DNA from: Planctomycetales bacterium
GTDB taxonomy: Bacteria > 4484-113 > JAFGCY01
Assembly (NCBI GenBank): GCA_022646745.1
Contig: CP060262.1
Coordinates: 240,001 to 272,000 of the forward strand
Reading direction: 5' to 3'
DNA length: 32,000 nt
Below, in pieces: positions 26,114-32,000 of the stretch. The notes beneath the pieces are model-generated. The model was not told where the DNA came from. It saw nothing but the letters and a program-made list of their open reading frames with translations, and made no database searches. Position numbers and translations under genes: made by a program. Within the stretch, counting starts at the first letter, position 1, and every line of letters begins with the position of its first letter.

Positions 26114-27437
26114 CCGCGGGATCTACAGCAGCGCGATTTCACTGGCAGCGACGATTGAGCCGCTGCAGCGCCGCGGGGTGGTGCGCCGGGTGACAGGCTC
26201 GATCGTCGAGGTTTCCTGCCCGCCGGTGTTCATCGGCGAGATCTGCCACCTGCACAACAGCCGGCTGGAGAAGCCGCTGCCCTGTGAGGTGATCGGCGTG
26301 CGTGACAACCTCGCGATGCTGATGCCCTACGACTACTCAACCGACATCAGTGTCGGCACCGTGGTGACGACCACCGGCCGCGGCTTCGAGCTGCCGGTGC
26401 ACCGGGGCTGGCTCGGGCGCGTGGTGGATGGGCTGGGCCGCCCGATTGATGGCAAGGGGCCGCTGCCCCACGGACCGGGCCAGAATGTCAACCGACCGGC
26501 GCCCTCCCCGCTCAGCCGCCCGCGCATCCATGAAGCCGTCTCCAGCGGTGTGCGCAGCATTGACTGCTTCACGACCTGGGGCAAGGGCCAGCGCCTCGGC
26601 GTGATGGCCGGCAGCGGCGTCGGCAAGAGCACCCTGTTCGGCATGATCGCACGCAGCGCTGACATCGATGTCAACGTGATCGGCCTGATCGGCGAGCGCG
26701 GCCGTGAGGTGAAGGAATTCATTGAGCGCGACCTCGGCGAGGAGGGGCTGCGGCGCAGCGTGATCGTGGCGGTGCCAAGCAACGAGAGCCCGCTGATGCG
26801 GCTCAAGGGCAGCCAGGTGACGATGAGCATCGCGGAGTTCTTCCGTGACAGCGGCAAGGACGTGCTCCTGATGATGGACAGCCTGACGCGCTTCGCCTAT
26901 GCCCAGCGCGAACTGAGCCTGAGCCTCGGCGAGCCACCGACCACCCGTGGCTACACCCCGAGCGTCTACGCCGAGATCCCGCGCCTCTGCGAGCGGGCCG
27001 GGATTGACGAGAACGGCTCGATCACCGCGCTGTTCACCGTGCTCGTGGAGGGTGACGACCACAATGAGCCGGTTGCCGACATCGTGCGCAGCGTGCTGGA
27101 CGGGCACATCGTGCTCAGCCGCAAGCTGGCGACGCAGGGGCACTACCCGCCTGTCGACGTGCTCGAGAGTGTCAGCCGCGTGATGACTGACGTGGTTGAC
27201 GACGAACTGATGCAGGCGGCGGCCTGGGCCCGCCAGGTACTGGCCGTGCACCGCGAGGCGGAGGACCTGATCAACATCGGCGCCTACAAGAGCGGCAACA
27301 GCCCGCGGATTGACAACGCGCTGGAGAACATCGAGGCCGTGAAGGAGTTCCTGCGGCAGGACCTCAGGGAAAGCTCCAGCTACAACGAGGCAAAATCGCG
27401 GTTAATCGCGCTGGCTGCCGCCGGCAAGCAGCTATAA
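26106..27437 (+). CDS. fliI: Flagellum-specific ATP synthase FliI
   Basis: Walker A GSGVGKST and Walker B VLLMMDSLTR. F1/T3SS-ATPase homology runs throughout. I chose the ATG at 26106, which overlaps the fliH stop (ATGGCTGA); 26097 and 26100 are alternatives. Confidence 0.92.
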   Translation: MADRGIYSSAISLAATIEPLQRRGVVRRVTGSIVEVSCPPVFIGEICHLHNSRLEKPLPCEVIGVRDNLAMLMPYDYSTDISVGTVVTTTGRGFELPVHRGWLGRVVDGLGRPIDGKGPLPHGPGQNVNRPAPSPLSRPRIHEAVSSGVRSIDCFTTWGKGQRLGVMAGSGVGKSTLFGMIARSADIDVNVIGLIGERGREVKEFIERDLGEEGLRRSVIVAVPSNESPLMRLKGSQVTMSIAEFFRDSGKDVLLMMDSLTRFAYAQRELSLSLGEPPTTRGYTPSVYAEIPRLCERAGIDENGSITALFTVLVEGDDHNEPVADIVRSVLDGHIVLSRKLATQGHYPPVDVLESVSRVMTDVVDDELMQAAAWARQVLAVHREAEDLINIGAYKSGNSPRIDNALENIEAVKEFLRQDLRESSSYNEAKSRLIALAAAGKQL

Positions 27438-27479
27438 ATTACTGGCAGGAATGCACGCAAAGGTGCCGGGAGATTACTG

Positions 27480-27923
27480 ATGAAGAGATTCAGCTACCGC
27501 TTCGAGGGACTGCAGAACGTCCGCGGTATTGAACTTGACAACCTGAGGATGGATATGCGAAGCATCGAGCACCAGCTTGAACTGGCCCAGCTGCAGCTGC
27601 ACGAGATGCAGGCCGAGCTGGAGACTTCCTACGAGGAGATCGCACGCCTGCGCGCTTCGCGCGGCGGCACCGTGATGCTGGAGAGCCTCAATGGCTACAC
27701 CGCGCTGCTGCGCCACAGGCTGCAGGAGCAGAACGGACTGATCGCCCGCCGGCAGCACGAGCTGGAGCAGGCCCGCCTGCGGGTCAGCGAAAAACACCGC
27801 GAAACCAAGGTGCTAGAGAAGCACCGCGAACAACAGTTCGGCATCTACCTGCAGGACATGGAGCGCGACATGCAACGCGAGATGGACGAGTCCGCCGGGA
27901 ACATGGGCAACCAGCTGGACTGA
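27480..27923 (+). CDS. fliJ: Flagellar export chaperone FliJ
   Basis: 147-aa all-coiled-coil protein immediately after fliI. MKRFSYRFEGLQNVR N-terminus is typical of FliJ. GGGAG SD. Confidence 0.75.
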   Translation: MKRFSYRFEGLQNVRGIELDNLRMDMRSIEHQLELAQLQLHEMQAELETSYEEIARLRASRGGTVMLESLNGYTALLRHRLQEQNGLIARRQHELEQARLRVSEKHRETKVLEKHREQQFGIYLQDMERDMQREMDESAGNMGNQLD

Positions 27924-28026
27924 TCCGCAGATCCATCGTTCCCTCTCCTGAAAGATTCACTGCCCCTTGACCCAACTAGCGGGATTGAGGCCTGCCGTTC
28001 CAAGTCAGGATGCCCCCCGTCAAGGT

Positions 28027-28050
28027 AGACAATAGGGAGGCCTATTGTTT
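28027..28050 (+). terminator. AT-rich hairpin (10-bp stem with one G.U, GAGG loop) after fliJ; possible terminator or operator
   Basis: AGACAATAGG-GAGG-CCTATTGTTT read directly. It lies 104 nt after the fliJ stop and 40 nt before the small ORF ATG. There is no long U-tract, so its terminator function is uncertain. Confidence 0.35.
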
Positions 28051-28089
28051 GGCAATTGAGCCGGAATTCCAGTACATCTGAGGAACGAC

Positions 28090-28257
28090 ATGGACGGAGA
28101 TGCAGAGACCAGGGAGGATTTGCAGCAGCTGGTGGATGAGCTGAAGGATGACCTGCGCGAGGTCTACCAGTACTACCATGGCGACCCGCCACACCTGCAG
28201 AAGATCTTCGACAGGTGGTTCCCGGATGGCCCACTGTCCTCCTATCCCTTCGGCTGA
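28090..28257 (+). CDS. 55-aa acidic small protein of unknown function (not in the supplied ORF track)
   Basis: GAGGA SD lies 5-6 nt upstream of the ATG. Translation: MDGDAETREDLQQLVDELKDDLREVYQYYHGDPPHLQKIFDRWFPDGPLSSYPFG. Third codon positions are mostly G/C, as in neighbouring genes. The 74-aa minus-strand ORF covering the same DNA looks like an antisense artefact. Confidence 0.55.
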   Translation: MDGDAETREDLQQLVDELKDDLREVYQYYHGDPPHLQKIFDRWFPDGPLSSYPFG

Positions 28258-28407
28258 ACAGCACAAGCAGTCCGCTCATTCAGAACATGTCAGGCTCGGC
28301 TGGTGTCCCTATACTGTGGTCACCGAATGCTTCCGGCCTGCCCCAAGCCATATAATCTCGGCGGGAACAGGCCACTGATTTGCTGGTCACTAGTTCCGGG
28401 GATTGAT

Positions 28408-29490
28408 ATGAAACACTTCACAAGCAAACTGATGCTGCTGGCCTGCCTGCTGCTGGCCACCTTGCAGCCGGCCGCAGCCCAGCAGGACTTCCTGCCGGAT
28501 GACGCCGGATCCGTCGGCATGGTCAAGGGCACGGAAATGAGCAAGAACGAATTCCGTGCGCGGGCCTACACCCAGATGCTGGCTGCCGCGGTCTGCGCCC
28601 ATGCCTTCTACCTGGAGAACAACCAGCTGCCGGTGGACTTCTATGAGCTGTACAACTCCGGCGCATGGAACTTCGACCTGCAGAACATTTTCACCGGCGC
28701 TCCGATAGACTCCGTCTACTACGACCCGCAGACCGTCGGCAAGACCAACATCCCGAGTCCCGGGCTGATGGCTGAGCTGCGTCCGCTGGACACCAGCCCG
28801 CCGCTCTTGCCGCCTTCCGGCCCGCAGGACCCGGACAACCCGCTGATCACCCCGATGGTGGTCAACAGCAACCCGCTGCGAGTCGATCCGTATGATGTGC
28901 CTGCCCCGGCCCCCGGCGACATCCTCTACTACACCAACGGCAGCATGCTGCAGATGGTGGTGTTCGCCCCCGACGGTACCTTCGTCGAATACGTGCAGAC
29001 CTCACCGGACCAGCGCTGGCTGAGCATCATGAGCGTCAACTCAGCCGAGTATGAATGGCCCTTCGATGTCTACACGGCTCAGGTGCTGCTGTTCACTGAG
29101 GAGCTGCTGCCGCAGTACTACAGCCTCTACAAGTACATGTCCGACCAGGGCCAGGTAGAGCGCCACCGCTACCCGACGATGGATGCCGCCCAGCGCATCC
29201 AGATGGCCGCCGAGCTCGGGATCACGATCTGGAACCCATACAGCAAGCGCCCGATCGAAACCAGCGATGTCCCGTCCCGCGGTGACTTCCTCGTGCTGAC
29301 CGGTGCCCCGCCCACGCCGCTGATCATCACGATCGAGGGTGACCGCGAGTTCACCCTGGCTCAGGCGATTGACACCGTCGGCAACGCCCCCGGCAGCTCG
29401 AACCCGATCTTCGGCGCGCCCGGAGGCAAGTCCGGCAAGGAAGAAAAGCCCAAGCGCAAGAGCAAGCACGGCTCATTCGGCGGACGCTGA
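28408..29490 (+). CDS. Secreted protein of unknown function (360 aa) with a Pro-rich linker and a Lys-rich C-terminal tail
   Basis: Sec-type signal peptide MKHFTSKLMLLACLLLATLQPAAAQQ. Pro-rich stretch PLDTSPPLLPPSGPQDPDNPLITP. Tail GKSGKEEKPKRKSKHGSFGGR. TATAAT hexamer at 28351..28356. The ORF-track start at 28303 is rejected in favour of the Met that begins the signal peptide. Confidence 0.7.
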   Translation: MKHFTSKLMLLACLLLATLQPAAAQQDFLPDDAGSVGMVKGTEMSKNEFRARAYTQMLAAAVCAHAFYLENNQLPVDFYELYNSGAWNFDLQNIFTGAPIDSVYYDPQTVGKTNIPSPGLMAELRPLDTSPPLLPPSGPQDPDNPLITPMVVNSNPLRVDPYDVPAPAPGDILYYTNGSMLQMVVFAPDGTFVEYVQTSPDQRWLSIMSVNSAEYEWPFDVYTAQVLLFTEELLPQYYSLYKYMSDQGQVERHRYPTMDAAQRIQMAAELGITIWNPYSKRPIETSDVPSRGDFLVLTGAPPTPLIITIEGDREFTLAQAIDTVGNAPGSSNPIFGAPGGKSGKEEKPKRKSKHGSFGGR

Positions 29491-29520
29491 GCAGCGGCCT
29501 GTAAGATAATGCCCTGCACA

Positions 29521-29539
29521 TGCGGATAGGCTATCCGCA
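29521..29539. promoter_or_regulatory. 19-nt palindrome TGCGGATA-GGC-TATCCGCA immediately upstream of the Mrp gene SD
   Basis: The 8-bp arms are exact reverse complements with a 3-nt centre. It abuts the AGGGAG SD (29539..29544). It could be a hairpin terminator for the upstream gene or an operator. Confidence 0.3.
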
Positions 29540-29548
29540 GGGAGCTTT

Positions 29549-30742
29549 ATGAGCGATACACAGGGCAACACACCAACGAGAGCCGGCAGCAAGACGCTGC
29601 AGGTGCTTGACGCCATCCGCAGCATCGAACTGGACGGCACTGACCGCGACATGGTCGCACTCGGCATGTTCAAGGACCTGCGCATCCGCGAGGGTGTGGT
29701 CGAGTTCACGCTGGTGATCCCGCCGGGTTACAGCTTCGTCCCCGAGGAAATGGAGGAGGCGATCGCCGAGCGCTTCAACGAGCTCGGCTGGGTGACCGAG
29801 ATGGCCATGTCAGTGCGCGATGAGTCGAAGACCACCGCGCAGGTGCCGCAGGGAGCCGGTGCTGCCCCGCCTCCCCCGCCGCAGCCACAGGCCGCCGATG
29901 GGCACCGCCCGCTCAATGTCGGCGGGGAACCGGTGGCTGAAGGCGAGAACCCCGTCCCCGGCGTGAAGCATGTGATCGCCGTCGGCTCCGGCAAGGGTGG
30001 CGTCGGCAAGAGCACGGTCAGCGTCAACCTGGCGCTGGCGCTGGCGGACATCGGTTATAGGGTGGGCCTGCTGGACGTGGATGTGTACGGCCCATCCATC
30101 CCGCTGATGCTGGGCGTGGACGGCCATCCACTGATCAACGCCAAGCAGAAGCTCGTCCCCAATGAGAAGCACAACCTGAAGATCATGAGCATGGGCTTCC
30201 TTCTGAAGCCCAACCAGGCCGTCGTGTGGCGCGGTCCGATGGTGCATGGCGTCGTCAAGCAGTTCCTGCAGGACGTGGACTGGGGCGAACTGGACTTCCT
30301 GATCGTGGACCTGCCGCCGGGCACCGGTGACGCCCCGCTGTCGCTGACGCAGTCCCTGCCGCTGACCGCCACGGTGCTGGTCACCACGCCACAGGAGGTC
30401 GCCGCCAGCGTGGCTGCCAAGGCGATGACGATGTTCGAGCGGATGGGCATCCGCACCCTGGGCGTAATCGAGAACATGAGCTACTTCATCTGCCCGAGCT
30501 GCGAGACCGCGACTGACATCTTCGACCGTGGCGGTGGCAAGCTCCTGGCCAGTGATGCCGGCGTACCCTTCCTCGGGGAGATTCCGCTGGATGTGCGCAT
30601 GCGCAAGGGCAGCGATGTGGGCGAGCCGCTGATGGCGCAGTTCCCGGAAAGTGAGCTGGCTGAGCGCTTCAGGGAGATTGCGCTCCGGCTGGCGGGTGTA
30701 TTGGGCGCACAGGTCGGGACCACGGAAGCCGGCGAGGGCTAA
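29549..30742 (+). CDS. mrp: Mrp/NBP35/ApbC-family iron-sulfur cluster carrier ATPase with an N-terminal DUF59-like domain
   Basis: Deviant Walker A GSGKGGVGKST, DLPPGTGD, and ENMSYFICPSCE (the CxxC cluster-binding motif). N-terminal DUF59-like region DMVALGMFKDLRIREGVVEFTLVIP. Confidence 0.88.
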   Translation: MSDTQGNTPTRAGSKTLQVLDAIRSIELDGTDRDMVALGMFKDLRIREGVVEFTLVIPPGYSFVPEEMEEAIAERFNELGWVTEMAMSVRDESKTTAQVPQGAGAAPPPPPQPQAADGHRPLNVGGEPVAEGENPVPGVKHVIAVGSGKGGVGKSTVSVNLALALADIGYRVGLLDVDVYGPSIPLMLGVDGHPLINAKQKLVPNEKHNLKIMSMGFLLKPNQAVVWRGPMVHGVVKQFLQDVDWGELDFLIVDLPPGTGDAPLSLTQSLPLTATVLVTTPQEVAASVAAKAMTMFERMGIRTLGVIENMSYFICPSCETATDIFDRGGGKLLASDAGVPFLGEIPLDVRMRKGSDVGEPLMAQFPESELAERFREIALRLAGVLGAQVGTTEAGEG

Positions 30743-30746
30743 TGCG

Positions 30747-31079
30747 CTACTTCTTCAGCTGCAGTACCTGCTCGAGCCGGTCCGTCAGCTTCTCCTTGGT
30801 GAGTGCGCCAATGAAGCGGTCCACCACGCGGCCATTGCGGAAGTAAAGGTAGGTCGGGATCGACAGCACGCCGTAGTGGTTCAGCGAATTGCGCGAACTG
30901 TCCGCATCCACGAGTGCGAACTCCACCACGCTGTCATACTGCCGTGCCAGCTCCTCCAGCACGGGGTACATCGCACGTGAGGGCTTGGACCAGGCGGCGG
31001 TGAAGGCCACCAGCGCAGGCGTGCGAGACTTCTGCAGGAAGTCTGGCAGGCTGCGATCGTTGAGTTCAGTCAGCTTCAT
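30747..31079 (-). CDS. Thioredoxin-fold protein lacking both active-site cysteines (WSKPS instead of WCGPC)
   Basis: Aligns by eye with thioredoxin: ALVAFTAAWSKPSRAMYPVLEELARQY...FALVDAD...YGVLSIPTYLYFRNGRVV...GALTKEKL. The cis-Pro IPT is retained. Codons TGG TCC AAG CCC TCA verified at 30992..30978. The start is uncertain (31079 or 31139), and neither has an SD. Confidence 0.75.
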   Translation of the reverse strand: MKLTELNDRSLPDFLQKSRTPALVAFTAAWSKPSRAMYPVLEELARQYDSVVEFALVDADSSRNSLNHYGVLSIPTYLYFRNGRVVDRFIGALTKEKLTDRLEQVLQLKK

Positions 31080-31327
31080 GGGAAGGAAGAACGTGCCCCC
31101 GGAATACCGTTGTACCACTCGCGAAGAGAACCTTCGCATAGGTGGGAAGCTCGCTGAGCGCTGGGGTTACAGCCTCTGGACTCTGCCTCCCGAAAGAGAC
31201 TTACGGTTCGACGCAATATGGCCTTGTCGCATACCCCCGGGGCACGTACAAGCATTTTACCCGAGGATGCGGCTTACTGTTCCGGGATGCCGGTCAAGGC
31301 TGGGTCAGCCGGTCCAGGACCAATCAT

Positions 31328-31996
31328 TCAGTCCAGCGTCGGGTTCGAAATGCCGAATGCGCTGGAGGAGCTGGATTCAGCTGGACCGAGCAGCCTGTCC
31401 TCCATCTCGTCCAGGGTTGCGAGAGCGCCAGCCTGCCGCTTCGTCCTGGCGACCACCTGCCTGTAGCAAGCGAAGGAACCGCCGGCAATCAGTGCCGCAC
31501 TCAGGAATGGATGCAATACACCAGGCCCGACATCAATGTAGGGCAGCATGCAAACAAATCCCAGGAGCAGCAGCGCGGCAAGCACGGCGATCGGAATTTG
31601 AATCCTGACTGAACTGCCCTCCCCCTTCAGGAACCAGTCCAGGTTCCACATCATCAGCCAGGCATTGCGGCCCAGTTCGTGTTCCAGCCCGGGCGGTGCA
31701 AATGGAACATACAACAGCCCGCGCAGCCATACCGGTGAAGCCTCCTGCAGCTCACTGACTGGCAATGTGCCGGACAGCCACTGTTCAACCAGTCCACGCT
31801 GCCGGATCCGTTGCCTGTATTTTTCCGTGTAGGATTCCAGCTTCCCATGCACATCCGATGCCCAGATGATGCCAGCCAGTAATGCGGTGACGCCAATCAT
31901 GATCACGGCAATATTGGCAGCAATCGAAAGTGAGTAATTCATGCCAAGCAGCGGTACGCCAACGCAGAGAGCAATTCCGATCACCATACGCGCCAT
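31328..31996 (-). CDS. Multi-pass membrane protein of unknown function
   Basis: 222-aa ORF with hydrophobic helices (IGIALCVGVPLLG, IAANIAVIMIGVTALLAGIIW, IAVLAALLLLGFVCMLPYI, LSAALIAGGSFACY). The start is 4 nt from the window edge, so the gene could extend further. Confidence 0.6.
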   Translation of the reverse strand: MARMVIGIALCVGVPLLGMNYSLSIAANIAVIMIGVTALLAGIIWASDVHGKLESYTEKYRQRIRQRGLVEQWLSGTLPVSELQEASPVWLRGLLYVPFAPPGLEHELGRNAWLMMWNLDWFLKGEGSSVRIQIPIAVLAALLLLGFVCMLPYIDVGPGVLHPFLSAALIAGGSFACYRQVVARTKRQAGALATLDEMEDRLLGPAESSSSSAFGISNPTLD

Positions 31997-32000
31997 TCCT

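Noticed and set aside
24640-26142. 500-aa ORF on the minus strand. Similar long antisense ORFs occur at 5331..6137, 7124..8068, 13226..13942, 14956..16170, 22536..23390 and 26337..27251.
   Set aside because: Each lies antisense to a gene with clear conserved motifs (fliG/fliH, ruvA, PBP1A, mtaD, fliF, fliI). Their translations are Ser/Arg/Ala/Pro/Cys-rich and low in complexity. This is typical of stop-poor antisense frames in high-GC DNA.
28042-28266. 74-aa minus-strand ORF listed in the track.
   Set aside because: It has no SD, and its composition is odd and Cys/Trp/Gln-rich. It is the mirror image of a plus-strand 55-aa ORF that has a good SD and host-like codon bias.
31076-31215. GGAAGGAAG, which resembles the SRP RNA domain IV motif, and GGTTCGA, which resembles a tRNA/tmRNA T-loop, in the spacer near the thioredoxin-like gene.
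   Set aside because: The flanking sequence does not provide the matching helices: there is no 5-bp T-stem, no acceptor stem, and no GGUCC/GGCAG partners for SRP. The first motif also overlaps the CDS start. I treat both as chance matches.
1-32000. I looked for CRISPR arrays, IS elements and transposases, integrases, phage genes, toxin-antitoxin pairs, known defence genes, and rRNA or tRNA genes.
   Set aside because: I saw no direct-repeat/spacer arrays, no terminal inverted repeats flanking an ORF, no recombinase or transposase motifs, and no cloverleaf-compatible sequences in the short intergenic regions. I cannot exclude divergent systems without profile searches.

Overview
This is a densely coding, high-GC bacterial chromosomal segment. 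My hand counts on 60-nt lines give roughly 60-68% G+C in most genes. Most genes are preceded by GGAG-type Shine-Dalgarno sites.

Content in order:
1. Two tandem paralogous large surface or secreted repeat proteins. The first enters the window already in progress.
2. ruvC-ruvA.
3. A class A penicillin-binding protein gene flanked on both sides by zinc-ribbon membrane proteins. The downstream one carries an HExxH motif.
4. A nusB operon on the minus strand, translationally coupled to an unknown membrane-anchored protein.
5. A 64-aa YjfB-like motility micro-protein.
6. A 1024-aa lipoprotein with Fn3, PKD repeats and an 8-blade PQQ-like propeller.
7. mtaD-like deaminase, a stand-alone MprF-C-terminal (DUF2156) domain protein and a low-molecular-weight phosphotyrosine phosphatase.
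8. A PseB/CapD-like dehydratase and a NeuB-family nonulosonic-acid synthase, separated by three small plus-strand ORFs. Two of these are paralogous lipoproteins.
9. A contiguous flagellar core operon, flgB-flgC-fliE-fliF-fliG-fliH-fliI-fliJ.
10. After fliJ: an AT-rich hairpin, a 55-aa acidic ORF that is absent from the supplied ORF track, a secreted protein of unknown function, an Mrp/ApbC ATPase, a thioredoxin-fold protein whose CxxC is replaced by SxxS, and a membrane protein.

I saw no rRNA or tRNA genes, CRISPR array, transposase or integrase, and no recognisable defence system. The many long antisense ORFs in the track are high-GC artefacts.

The most unusual items are all candidate, unproven observations:
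- the paralogous surface-protein family, with a shared uncharacterised N-terminal domain and a shared C-terminal module ending in CVIYYD
- the zinc-ribbon / PBP1A / zinc-ribbon-HExxH trio
- the abrupt end of the flagellar operon followed by uncharacterised small and secreted proteins
- the cysteine-less thioredoxin with a long, possibly structured upstream spacer

All family assignments come from motif recognition by eye. No database search was run.
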